Shown here one piece after another: positions 27,841 through 39,130 of a stretch of DNA of 62,924 nucleotides. The position numbers and the translations under genes were made by a program. Position 1 is the first letter of the stretch. Each line of letters starts with the position of its first letter. The notes below the pieces were generated by a model. The model was given only the letters and a program-made list of their open reading frames with translations. It was not told where the DNA came from and ran no database searches. The stretch comes from Desulfobacterales bacterium. GTDB lineage: Bacteria; Desulfobacterota; DSM-4660; Desulfatiglandales; Desulfatiglandaceae. The stretch spans positions 1 through 62,924 of the forward strand of contig JALVMN010000375.1 of the NCBI GenBank assembly GCA_027027005.1. The letters run 5' to 3'.

Positions 27841-27956
27841 ATATTACCCCTATTTTTCCTTTGAATTCCAGGTAATACTTGGTATGGATATGGCCGATCT
27901 CAAACCAGGAGCCTGATTGTAGCGGGAATTCGGCTCATCCACAAGGAGGACTGACA
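27841..27956. repeat. 116-bp direct repeat, copy B
   Basis: 115/116 identical to 21802-21917. Lies about 90 nt upstream of the nuoE-like start. Confidence 0.95.
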
Positions 27957-28045
27957 AAGGATTGGGAAAGACAGGGGCTGAAAACTTAGGTGAACAAGAC
28001 CATACAAACTTGAATGAAGAAGCCTCATTACTGGAGAGGGAGGCC

Positions 28046-28564
28046 ATGTCGGCCGATCTTGAGAAACTCCTCTCACGCTTTCCACGAGAGAGTTCGGCCC
28101 TAATCCCCATCCTCCAGGCCATCCAGGCCAAATACGGATATATTGACCCAATGGCAATGGAAAAGGTGGCCCAACACCTCGGCCTTGCGGTTGTGGAGGT
28201 TTATGGGGTGGCCACCTTTTACAATCAGTTCAGGTTTCATCCCCCTGGCAAACACCAGATCAAGGTATGTCTGGGCACTGCCTGTCACGTGAGGGGTGGT
28301 GATATAATCCTTGAAAATTTTGAAAGAAAGCTGGGTATCAAAAGGGGGGAAACCACCCAAGACAGGGAATTCAGCTTAGACAGTGTGGCCTGTGTTGGCT
28401 GCTGTGCCCTGGCCCCTGTGGCAGTGGTGGACGAGGAGATAAAAGGGCACATGCTTCCCAGCAAGGTGGAGGGCATCGTTTTGGGGTTTCAGTTGCAGAA
28501 GGAAAAAGAGGCAAGGGAAAAAGACAAGGCAGGCAAGGATGGGAACTCCGAGTCAAGCAGTTAA
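28046..28564 (+). CDS. NuoE/HoxE-like [2Fe-2S] thioredoxin-fold subunit
   Basis: LIPILQAIQAKYGYI, VCLGTACHVRG and CVGCCALAP cluster motifs. ATG at 28046 follows GGAGAGGGAGG. Confidence 0.85.
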   Translation: MSADLEKLLSRFPRESSALIPILQAIQAKYGYIDPMAMEKVAQHLGLAVVEVYGVATFYNQFRFHPPGKHQIKVCLGTACHVRGGDIILENFERKLGIKRGETTQDREFSLDSVACVGCCALAPVAVVDEEIKGHMLPSKVEGIVLGFQLQKEKEAREKDKAGKDGNSESSS

Positions 28565-30488
28565 CAAGGCATATGAGGAGCTGAGGAAAGAGGCTCTCAA
28601 GCGGCGTAGCCTGCTGGAGAAATCCACCCTGCCGAAAATTTATGTGGGAATGGCCACCTGCGGGATTGCTGCAGGCGCGTTGGAGACCAAAGAGGCCTTC
28701 CAGGAAGCCTTGAAACAGGAAGGCATAGAGGCAATGGTTCGTAGTGTTGGATGCCTGGGGCATTGCTATGCAGAACCCACCGTAGTGATCCACGACCCCC
28801 AGACAGACTTTCCCCCTATCCTTTACTACAATGTAAGCCCAGGAAAGGCCCGGATGCTGGTAAGGTCTTTTTTGAAGGAAGGCGACCCTCTTTTTGAATA
28901 CATGCTCGGGGCCACTGAGCCCAATGAGGTGCTCCCCTGTGTGTCGGATTTTCCAAGATTCGGTCAGGAGACCAAGGTGGTGATGGAAAAGTCAGGCCTC
29001 ATAGACCCTGAAGATATACACGATTATATCGCGCTGGGTGGCTATGAGGCCCTTGCAAAGGCCCTCACCCTTCCACCAGAGGAGATCATCCAAGAGATAA
29101 AGGATTCCGGGCTTCGAGGCAGGGGCGGGGCAGGATTTCCCACCGGAGAAAAGTGGGGGCTGGCAGCAGGGGCCCTGGGACCAGGCCGGGAGAAATACGT
29201 CATATGCAATGCCGACGAAGGTGACCCGGGCGCTTACATGGACAGGACCATACTTGAGAGCAATCCCCATCAAGTGATTGAGGGGATGATAATCTGCGCT
29301 TATGCCATAGGGGCGTCCAGGTGTTTCATATACATCCGGGCTGAATACCCTCTGGCCGTAAAGATTGTCACCAAGGCCATTGAGGATGCCAGGGAACTGG
29401 GTCTTTTGGGCGATTCCATCCTTGGAAGTTCATTCCATGTTGATGTCACCGTATTTCAAGGCTCTGGGGCCTTTGTGTGCGGGGAAGAAACAGCCCTCAT
29501 CCATTCCATTGAGGGTAAGAGAGGCACACCCCGGCACCGCCCCCCCTATCCCGTGGAAAGGGGCCTCTGGGGACATCCCACAGTAATAAATAATGTGAAG
29601 ACCTTTGCATCAGTCCCTCCTATAGTGACCAGGGGGGCAGGCTGGTTCAGGGGTATTGGCACAGAGCACAGCCCAGGCACTGCCATCTTTTCTATTGTGG
29701 GAAATGTCACACACCCGGGCCTTGTGGAAATCCCCATGGGTGTTACCCTCAGGACCTTGATATTCAAGATTTGTGGCGGCCCCCCGGAGAAAAAGGCGTT
29801 CAAGGCGGTCCAGATAGGCGGCCCCTCTGGAGGGTGCCTACCCGATGAATTCCTGGATATCCCCATAGACTTTGACTCCCTCACAGAGGCAGGGGCCATG
29901 ATGGGCTCCGGGGGCATGGTGGTCCTGGACAAGGATGCCTGCATGGTGGATGTGGCCCGCTATTTCCTGGATTTCACCCAAAAGGAGTCATGCGGAAAGT
30001 GCACATTTTGCAGGATAGGGACCAGGCATCTGCTGGAGATACTGGAAAGGATCACCAGGGGGGAAGGCAAGGAGGGTGACCTTCAAATCCTCGAGACCCT
30101 TTCTCGCCACATAAAACTGGGCTCCCTTTGCGGGTTGGGGAAGACCGCGCCCAACCCGGTGCTCACATCGCTCAAGTACTTCAGGGAAGAATACGAGGCC
30201 CATGTAAAGGAAAAAAGATGTCCTGCAATGGTTTGCAGGACGCTCACAGCATTCTACATCGATCTGGAAAAATGCGCCCGGGGGTGTGATGCATGCGTGG
30301 GCTCTTGCCCCACCGAGGCCATTTTTACCACGAGAGACCGGAAAAAGGCCATAGACCAGGAGCTATGCGTAAAGTGCGGCGAATGTGTGGTGGCCTGCCC
30401 CCCGGAATACGATGCAGTGAGAAAGATATCCCCGGCCCACCAGGTGCCCATTGTGGAAAGACCCAAGGAAGGTCCCTCTGAAAAGTAA
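28539..30488 (+). CDS. NuoF/HoxF/HydB-like NAD(H)- and FMN-binding subunit with extra Fe-S domains
   Basis: GLRGRGGAGFPTG(E)KW, NADEGDPGAY, ESCGKCTFCRIG and C-terminal 2x[4Fe-4S] ferredoxin motifs (CDACVGSCP, CGECVVACP). Confidence 0.85.
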   Translation: MGTPSQAVNKAYEELRKEALKRRSLLEKSTLPKIYVGMATCGIAAGALETKEAFQEALKQEGIEAMVRSVGCLGHCYAEPTVVIHDPQTDFPPILYYNVSPGKARMLVRSFLKEGDPLFEYMLGATEPNEVLPCVSDFPRFGQETKVVMEKSGLIDPEDIHDYIALGGYEALAKALTLPPEEIIQEIKDSGLRGRGGAGFPTGEKWGLAAGALGPGREKYVICNADEGDPGAYMDRTILESNPHQVIEGMIICAYAIGASRCFIYIRAEYPLAVKIVTKAIEDARELGLLGDSILGSSFHVDVTVFQGSGAFVCGEETALIHSIEGKRGTPRHRPPYPVERGLWGHPTVINNVKTFASVPPIVTRGAGWFRGIGTEHSPGTAIFSIVGNVTHPGLVEIPMGVTLRTLIFKICGGPPEKKAFKAVQIGGPSGGCLPDEFLDIPIDFDSLTEAGAMMGSGGMVVLDKDACMVDVARYFLDFTQKESCGKCTFCRIGTRHLLEILERITRGEGKEGDLQILETLSRHIKLGSLCGLGKTAPNPVLTSLKYFREEYEAHVKEKRCPAMVCRTLTAFYIDLEKCARGCDACVGSCPTEAIFTTRDRKKAIDQELCVKCGECVVACPPEYDAVRKISPAHQVPIVERPKEGPSEK

Positions 30489-30492
30489 GGCC

Positions 30493-31134
30493 ATGGAGAT
30501 GGTTGAAATCATAGTGGACGGAAAATCGCTGAGGGTGGAGCAAGGTGGAAATCTCCTGGAGGCATGCCTTGAGGGCGGCATCTACATCCCAAATCTATGC
30601 CACCTCAAGGGCATGGAAGAGCCCCCGGCATCCTGCAGGCTCTGCCTGGTGGAAGTGGAGGGGGAGGAGAGACCAGTGACAGCCTGCACCGTAAAGGTGG
30701 CTGGTCCAATGGTGGTAAGGACCAATACTCCGCTGGTAAGGGAGCTTCAACGCTCGGCCCTCAGGTTGCTGCTTTCGGCCCACCTGGTGGATTGCGCCCA
30801 CTGCCAGGCAAACAAGAGGTGTGCACTTCAAGATATGGCCAAGTTTCTCCAGATAGGGCTCAAGCCTAAGGGGCTGGACCAATTCTTGAAGGAGCCTGAA
30901 ATTGATGACTCACACCCTTGTCTGGTGTATTATCCCAACAGGTGCGTTCTCTGTGGAAGGTGCATTTATGTCTGCAAAAGAGAGCACCCTCGGCCCATGC
31001 TCTCCTTTGCAAAACGGGGCTTTGACACGGTGGTTAGCCTCTACGGGGCTTCTGACAGGATCGATCTTCCCTGCTACACCTGTTCCCTTTGTGTGGATGT
31101 GTGCCCTGTCTCAGCCCTTTTAAGAAAGACCTGA
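30493..31134 (+). CDS. HoxU / NuoG-N-terminal-like Fe-S subunit (2Fe-2S plus 4Fe-4S only, no catalytic domain)
   Basis: 213 aa. CRLCLVEV...C plant-type 2Fe-2S, HxxxC...C motif (HLVDCAHCQANKRC), CVLCGRCIYVC and CSLCVDVCP. Confidence 0.75.
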   Translation: MEMVEIIVDGKSLRVEQGGNLLEACLEGGIYIPNLCHLKGMEEPPASCRLCLVEVEGEERPVTACTVKVAGPMVVRTNTPLVRELQRSALRLLLSAHLVDCAHCQANKRCALQDMAKFLQIGLKPKGLDQFLKEPEIDDSHPCLVYYPNRCVLCGRCIYVCKREHPRPMLSFAKRGFDTVVSLYGASDRIDLPCYTCSLCVDVCPVSALLRKT

Positions 31135-31146
31135 AAATTTGATCCC

Positions 31147-32310
31147 ATGAAGAATAAGGCCAACCATTCCCAGATTGATTTCAAACAATACAGGAAGCTC
31201 TTTCCAATCACTGAAAAATACTGCTTCCTCAATCATGCGGCCATCTCTCCCTGGTCCAGCCGGGTTTGCAACGCAGCAATGGAATTGCTGGAGGAATTCG
31301 AGCATGAGGGAATTGCTGCCTATCCCCGGTGGATGAAGCGTATCCAGGAGGCAAGGAGGCTATTTGCCACCCTGGTGGGGGCAGGAGATGATGAAATTGC
31401 CTTCATGGGCAACACCTCAGAGGGCCTGAGCATCGTGGCCTCAGGGATCAGGTGGAAACCAGGCGAAAAGGTCCTGGTCTCCATGCCCGACTTTCCCACC
31501 AATATCTATCCCTGGCTGAACCTTGAATCCAGGGGCGTGGGGGTGGTGGAGGTGAGGAGGCGTGAGGGTGGCAGACTGGCAGTGGGGGACTTTCAAAGGG
31601 CGCTCAGTCCAGGAGCCAGGATGGTGGTGGTAAGCTCTGTGGATTTTTTAACAGGCTTTTACTGTGACTTGGAATCCATTGGTGATTTTTGCAAGCAAAA
31701 TGGGCTGCTCTTTTGTGTGGATGCCATCCAGAGCCTTGGTGTGGTCCCGTTGGATGTGAAGCGATCCGGAATACATTTTCTGGCAGCAGGGGGACAGAAA
31801 TGGCTCCTGGGGCCCATGGGATGTGGCGGGCTTTTCGTTGACCGTGAGGTAGTGGGCCTACTGGATCCTGTGGTGGTGGGATGGAGGAGTGTGACCAGGG
31901 AGGAAGACTTCTTTGACATACACTTTGAATTGAAGCCAGGGGCTGCCAGGTTTGAGCCGGGCACCCCCAATGTTGTGGGAATCTACGCCCTGGGTGCTGC
32001 CATCAAGCTATTGCTGGAAGTGGGTATCGGTGCGATCCACGAAAGGGTCACGGAGCTTGTGGGGCTGCTTGCCGAGGGCCTCCGAGAAAGAGATCTCCAA
32101 ATCGCCACTCCTCTCAACCCTCGAGAGAGAGCCGGGATCATAACCTTCCTGCCCAAAGGTGACCCAAAGGCCCTCATTTCGCATTTCATGAAAAATGGCG
32201 TCGTGGTCTCAGAGAGAAACAACCTGATTCGTGTCTCACCCCACTTTTATAATAATGAAGAAGACTTGGACAGGTTCTTCTCTGTGCTGGACTCCTTCTC
32301 CACTGCTTGA
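31147..32310 (+). CDS. Class V aminotransferase-fold PLP enzyme (cysteine desulfurase / selenocysteine lyase-like)
   Basis: FLNHAAISP near the N-terminus and AAGGQKWLLGPMGCGGLFV (PLP-lysine block). Confidence 0.75.
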   Translation: MKNKANHSQIDFKQYRKLFPITEKYCFLNHAAISPWSSRVCNAAMELLEEFEHEGIAAYPRWMKRIQEARRLFATLVGAGDDEIAFMGNTSEGLSIVASGIRWKPGEKVLVSMPDFPTNIYPWLNLESRGVGVVEVRRREGGRLAVGDFQRALSPGARMVVVSSVDFLTGFYCDLESIGDFCKQNGLLFCVDAIQSLGVVPLDVKRSGIHFLAAGGQKWLLGPMGCGGLFVDREVVGLLDPVVVGWRSVTREEDFFDIHFELKPGAARFEPGTPNVVGIYALGAAIKLLLEVGIGAIHERVTELVGLLAEGLRERDLQIATPLNPRERAGIITFLPKGDPKALISHFMKNGVVVSERNNLIRVSPHFYNNEEDLDRFFSVLDSFSTA

Positions 32311-32411
32311 TTAAGGTGGAGGCCCCAATTTTTTGTTGACAGTCTCGCTATAACAAATTAAACTTTAAAGAAAACCATTATCTATTATTTGGCATTCCAG
32401 GAAGTCCATTT

Positions 32412-32852
32412 ATGAACGACCCTGAAGTCAGGCTCAAAGAGATGCTCCAGAAGCTGAGGGAGCGGAGGTTCAGGATTACCCCCCAGAGGCTTGCGGTGCT
32501 AAAAATCCTTGCCCGAAGCGAGAATCATCCCAGTGTGGACATGATTTACGAGGAGGTGAGGCGGGATTTTCCCACCACAAGTCTTGCAACCATTTACAAG
32601 ACCGTGACCCTCCTGAAGGAGCTTGGCCAGGTCTTGGAATTGGGCTTTCCTGAAGGCAGCAATCGATTTGATGGAAACGAGCCCTCACCTCATCCTCACA
32701 TGATCTGTATCAGTTGCAAGAAGATAGTTGATCCGCCGCTCGACTCCCTATCGGATCTAACCAGTGAAGCGGCGCAAAAGACAGGGTTCAACATCGTCAC
32801 CCACAGGCTGGATTTCTTCGGGATATGTCCTGAATGCCAGGGCAAAAATTGA
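32412..32852 (+). CDS. perR: Fur-family regulator, PerR-like
   Basis: RITPQRLAVLKIL winged helix, HPHMICISCKKIVD and GICPECQG CxxC pairs. Sits immediately upstream of katG. Confidence 0.7.
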   Translation: MNDPEVRLKEMLQKLRERRFRITPQRLAVLKILARSENHPSVDMIYEEVRRDFPTTSLATIYKTVTLLKELGQVLELGFPEGSNRFDGNEPSPHPHMICISCKKIVDPPLDSLSDLTSEAAQKTGFNIVTHRLDFFGICPECQGKN

Positions 32853-32878
32853 GGAACATATATTTTTTTGCCACTTAA

Positions 32879-32893
32879 TGATAATTATTATTT
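32879..32893. promoter_or_regulatory. Candidate Fur/PerR 7-1-7 box between perR and katG
   Basis: TGATAAT-T-ATTATTT versus the classical TGATAAT-N-ATTATCA: left arm 7/7, right arm 5/7. Confidence 0.45.
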
Positions 32894-33108
32894 GAAAATA
32901 GCTGTTCTGTAACGAAAATGGATATTGATTAACTAGGGCCGCAAGGAGGTGTATAATGGGCTGAGCCAAAAGGCTTACCTTGTCCCTGTAGACCCCACCT
33001 CTTTGTGGCAATAGCAGAAAATGTGGCTGAACTGATGCTCTAGGGGGGAGGTGATAGTGGCCAGTTCCCAGAGTCCCAAATCCGCTACCAGTATTTACAA
33101 CCATATGA

Positions 33109-35313
<2,205 letters not shown>

Positions 35314-35357
35314 ACAAGCTGAACCGTGTCAGGAGAGGGCCCCCCTTTCGTCTCTCT

Positions 35358-36554
35358 TCACTCCTCTTGGGTGTTCTTCCCCGAGTCGCCTTGGGCAGGA
35401 AGGGAGATGGAGCGGGCCCTCCTTATTTCCTCGATCCTGTTTAGGGGCCGCTCCAGTTGCCTTCGCCTGGTGGTGACCAGAGATTCATACTCCTTTTGGG
35501 CGTCATTGATGCGCTTTCCCAGCACTTCCAATTTCTTGAGGAATTGATCCCACTGTTTCCTGAAAGAGCCCAGGAGCGAGAGGATCTCGGTGGAGGTCTG
35601 CTCCAGGGTGAAGTTGTCCACTGCCTGGCGGATTACTGAAAGCACTGCAAACAGGGTCAAAGGAGAACAAGGGACCACTTTGTGTTTGATACTTTCGTCC
35701 AGGATGCTGCTGTCCTGCTCATGGATAAAGGCATATACCTGCTCGTTGGGGATGAAGAGGAGCACATAGTCCAGGGTGTTATTGGCCGGGTCAATATAGT
35801 CACGCGTGGTGATCTCCTTGATCCTTGCCCTTACATCCCTCAAGAAATCATTGCGGTACTTGGCCCTTTCCATGTCGCTCCCTGCCTGCAGATACCTGAG
35901 GTAATTGTCCAGGGGAAATTTCACGTCCATGTTCAGCTTGAACCCCCTGGGTAACAAGAATGTATAATCCGGCCTCGCCCTGGCCCCATCCATGGCCTTT
36001 TGCTTGAGATAGTTGATGTTTTCCACAAATCCTGCCAGCCGCAGCACATCCTCTGCCATCCTCTCGCCCCATTGGCCCCTGGCCTTGCTGCTGGAAAGTG
36101 CCTCCCTCAGGGAACTGGTGGTCTGAAGCAAGGCCTGAGTCTGCTCCTGGGCGGACTTGAGCTGGCGGGCCAGCTCACCGAACTTGGCCGCCCTGTCCTT
36201 TTCAAGCTCTTTTACCAGGTTGGACAAATTGTCCAGCTCTCGATTCATTATCTTCAATTGCTGGTCTATCAGCTCCTTTCGGACATCCAGTTCTTTGGCG
36301 GTGAGCTGCCTGTCGGTATCCAGCCTGGTCTTAGCCAGCGTCAGGAATTCTTCATTTGACCTCCTCAGGGCCTCCCGGGAGAGGCTATCAAAACTGCTCT
36401 TCAGTTCTTGAACCATGGCCTCCATGGCACTCTGGGTTTGTTTGGCAAGGTTATCAGAGGTCTTTGACTGGATCACCCTGAGCAAAAAGGCCGCCCCCAG
36501 GCCCACCAGGAAACCTGCCACAAAGACCATGGCCAGTATGACTGTATCCTGCAT
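35358..36554 (-). CDS. rmuC: DNA recombination protein RmuC
   Basis: N-terminal TM anchor, long coiled coil, C-terminal nuclease-like block DYVLLFIPNEQVYAF. Confidence 0.85.
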   Translation of the reverse strand: MQDTVILAMVFVAGFLVGLGAAFLLRVIQSKTSDNLAKQTQSAMEAMVQELKSSFDSLSREALRRSNEEFLTLAKTRLDTDRQLTAKELDVRKELIDQQLKIMNRELDNLSNLVKELEKDRAAKFGELARQLKSAQEQTQALLQTTSSLREALSSSKARGQWGERMAEDVLRLAGFVENINYLKQKAMDGARARPDYTFLLPRGFKLNMDVKFPLDNYLRYLQAGSDMERAKYRNDFLRDVRARIKEITTRDYIDPANNTLDYVLLFIPNEQVYAFIHEQDSSILDESIKHKVVPCSPLTLFAVLSVIRQAVDNFTLEQTSTEILSLLGSFRKQWDQFLKKLEVLGKRINDAQKEYESLVTTRRRQLERPLNRIEEIRRARSISLPAQGDSGKNTQEE

Positions 36555-36712
36555 GAAATCCCCCTTTTTATCCTTTAGTGGGGCAAAATGAGTAATATGT
36601 CGAACAATCTAAAGGCTGTGGCTCTTTTTTGTCAACCTGGAGGGCCTTAGAGTCGTCCCACAAAAAAATAAACCACTTGAATGAGGCGAATATTTTCAAT
36701 ATACTCCGCCGC

Positions 36713-37258
36713 ATGGAAAAAAAACCCGAACCACACATAATGATCCTGGGTGTAGGCAACATCCTTTTCAAGGATGAAGGCCTTGGGGTCAGGGTCATCG
36801 AACGAATTCAGGAACTCTATGATTTTCCCGAAAATGTCTCAGTGGTCGACGGAGGGGTATTGGGCTTGGGACTTTTGGGGACCATCTCCCAGGCGGACCA
36901 CCTGATAGTAGTGGATGCCATAAGAAACGGGGGGACTCCTGGGACCTTGTACAGGCTCTGCGGCGAAGAAATCCCCAAGAGGATCTTTGCAAAGAACTCC
37001 CTTCACCAGGTGGATCTCCTGGAGGCCTTGACCCTGTGTCAGGCCCTGGACAAGGTCCCTGAGACCGTGATCATTGGCGTGGAACCAGAAGATATAGACT
37101 CACTGGACATAGAACTTACCGACACAGTTAAGGCAAGGGTGGACCAACTTATCCAAAGTGTGCTGGAGGAGCTGGCCCGGCTAAATGTCACACCAACACC
37201 AAAGGGCTCTGGAGGGACCAACACGCATGTGCCTTGCAATACCTGCCAAGATAGTTGA
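36713..37258 (+). CDS. hybD: [NiFe]-hydrogenase maturation endopeptidase (HybD/HyaD family)
   Basis: IMILGVGNILFKDEGLGVRV, VVDGG, VVDA and SLHQVDLLEAL match the HybD metal-ligand blocks. ATG at 36713. Confidence 0.8.
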   Translation: MEKKPEPHIMILGVGNILFKDEGLGVRVIERIQELYDFPENVSVVDGGVLGLGLLGTISQADHLIVVDAIRNGGTPGTLYRLCGEEIPKRIFAKNSLHQVDLLEALTLCQALDKVPETVIIGVEPEDIDSLDIELTDTVKARVDQLIQSVLEELARLNVTPTPKGSGGTNTHVPCNTCQDS

Positions 37259-37460
37259 GATACGTGATGGAATGGGAATAATCGACATGGAGGGCACCAG
37301 GAGGGAGGTAAGCCTCCTTCTTCTGGAAGACCCCAAGGTGGGCGAGTATGTGATTGTGCACGCCGGCTTTGCCATCCACAAGGTGGACGAACGAGAGGCC
37401 CAAGAGTCTTTGAAGGTCTTGAGGGAACTTGCAGCCTTTGCAGCAGAGGACAATACATGA
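37227..37460 (+). CDS. hypC: Hydrogenase assembly chaperone HypC/HupF
   Basis: Starts MCLAIPAKIVEI (essential N-terminal Cys). 77 aa. Overlaps the hybD 3' end. Confidence 0.85.
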   Translation: MCLAIPAKIVEIRDGMGIIDMEGTRREVSLLLLEDPKVGEYVIVHAGFAIHKVDEREAQESLKVLRELAAFAAEDNT

Positions 37461-37597
37461 AAAAGGGCATATTCATATTTGCTTGACAAGGTTGGTTTTT
37501 TTTATTAGGGTTGTGCAAGTTTTCACAAGTGGGACCCAGGCTCTTTCAATCAAAACATAGGGGTTAACAGTTAGCCGAAAAGGAGGTGGATGCGGGG

Positions 37598-38017
37598 ATG
37601 AAACAGAAGGTTCTGATGGTTATGGTGGCCATTTTGGCAGGTTTCATGTTTCTGGCTGTGGGGGTGTTGACAGCCACTGATGTGCCCGAACAAGTGACGA
37701 TAGAGAATACCGGGTATAAGAAGGACAAAAAAGGCCCGGTTAAACTAGCCCACAAAAAACATTCTGCTGAATACAAGGTCGCCTGCACAGAGTGCCATCA
37801 CGAATACAAGGATGGCAAGAATGTCTGGAAGGAAGGAGACCCTGTCAAAAAGTGTAGCGAGTGCCACAATCCCAAGAAAAAAGAGGGGAAAGTCTTAAAG
37901 CTCCAGAACGCATATCACAAGAACTGCAAGAGCTGTCACAAAAAATTGGTAAAAGCAGGTAAGGGAAAGGCACCTTTCAAGAAGTGCTCACAGTGCCACC
38001 AGAAGAAAAAGAAATAA
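37598..38017 (+). CDS. Tetraheme cytochrome c3-family protein with N-terminal signal/anchor
   Basis: Four CxxCH motifs (CTECH, CSECH, CKSCH, CSQCH) in about 100 Lys-rich residues with interspersed His. AAAGGAGGTGG RBS upstream of the ATG at 37598. Confidence 0.85.
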   Translation: MKQKVLMVMVAILAGFMFLAVGVLTATDVPEQVTIENTGYKKDKKGPVKLAHKKHSAEYKVACTECHHEYKDGKNVWKEGDPVKKCSECHNPKKKEGKVLKLQNAYHKNCKSCHKKLVKAGKGKAPFKKCSQCHQKKKK

Positions 38018-38042
38018 TCCTTTAGACATACGAGGCATGAGA

Positions 38043-38070
38043 GGGGAGGTTGTCAATTGACCTCTCCTTT
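38043..38070. terminator. Hairpin between the convergent cytochrome c3 and bd-like genes
   Basis: GGGGAGGT-tgtcaattg-ACCTCTCC (one G-U pair) followed by TTT on the plus strand. Confidence 0.5.
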
Positions 38071-38071
38071 C

Positions 38072-39130
38072 CTATGCCTTGACTCTTGCCTTCCTCGTAA
38101 TCCTTACCATCCACACGATACATCCCATGCCGAACAACAATACCGCCAGAAAAAAGACCAAGGGAGAATATTGGCAGGTTACCTTGAGTGTAGATGGGTA
38201 GAAGTAGCCCTGAAGCAGTTCACCCCGAAGATACGCTCGCATGAATGTCATAACATAGATGACCAAGACAGAAAGCACCACCGTGGGCCAAAGCCTTTGC
38301 CTCCGGGAGGCCAGCAGGGCCGATATCACGAGGAGTATGGCGACTCCAAAAAGCAATGTGGGCCATATCTTGGCCCCCAAGAATATCATCTTGCTGTCTC
38401 CAGGTATCCTGAGCAGGAACCAGGTGCCTATGGCGATGTTAAGAAGGGTTACCCAGAAAAATGTCTTCATGCCCACGCTCTTTGCCTGATCCGCCATTTC
38501 AGGGTCCACCTTTCTTTTCAGTTCACCCAGCACAGCCACAAACAGCCCACCTATTGCCACAGACCCTGCCATCATGTGAAGAAATCTGGGCAGAAACATG
38601 GCATGCCATGAGACCAGCATGTCTCCTCCCATGTGGTCAAAGTATTCAGAGAAGAGGTGCGGCAGGGTCATAAAGGTCATGTTGTTGCTGAACATGTAGC
38701 CGATCACTACCAGGAGGGCCAAGGCCCCTATCGCAATTATCACCCCCAGGCCACCCAGTTGCTTAAAGCGGAAGTCATAGAGATAAAGCCCGTAATATGC
38801 CGCAATGAGCATGGGTATCACCAGTATCCAGAAAGCCCCCATCAATATGGTGCTGGTGTAAATGAGATGGCCGTACAGCACCTGCAGGAAAAGCAGGGGG
38901 GCAACCCCCATATTCACTGCAAAGGCCACCACCACGGGCAGAGAAACCGCCACTGTGTGGGCAACTCTACGGTTTGCAGGGCCGCCTCTGAACCATTCAA
39001 AAATACTCAGGCCAAGGCCTCCAACCATGGCGTTCATGGCCAGGAGGTGGATGGGAAAGAGGAGCAGCAAGAATGCCTGGAACCACCACCACTGCACTGG
39101 TATGGGGTCTGGTACAGGGATGAAGTTCAT
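38072..39130 (-). CDS. Polytopic membrane partner subunit of the bd-like oxidoreductase (CydB-analogous position)
   Basis: 352 aa, about 9 TM helices. The start overlaps the upstream CydA-like stop by 4 nt. No recognisable soluble domain. Confidence 0.45.
   Translation of the reverse strand: MNFIPVPDPIPVQWWWFQAFLLLLFPIHLLAMNAMVGGLGLSIFEWFRGGPANRRVAHTVAVSLPVVVAFAVNMGVAPLLFLQVLYGHLIYTSTILMGAFWILVIPMLIAAYYGLYLYDFRFKQLGGLGVIIAIGALALLVVIGYMFSNNMTFMTLPHLFSEYFDHMGGDMLVSWHAMFLPRFLHMMAGSVAIGGLFVAVLGELKRKVDPEMADQAKSVGMKTFFWVTLLNIAIGTWFLLRIPGDSKMIFLGAKIWPTLLFGVAILLVISALLASRRQRLWPTVVLSVLVIYVMTFMRAYLRGELLQGYFYPSTLKVTCQYSPLVFFLAVLLFGMGCIVWMVRITRKARVKA

Noticed and set aside
37483-37511. TTGACA-17-TAGGGT as the promoter for the cytochrome c3 gene.
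   Set aside because: The -35 element is perfect but the -10 matches only 3/6. This is too weak to list as a feature; it is mentioned only in the hybD/hypC finding.
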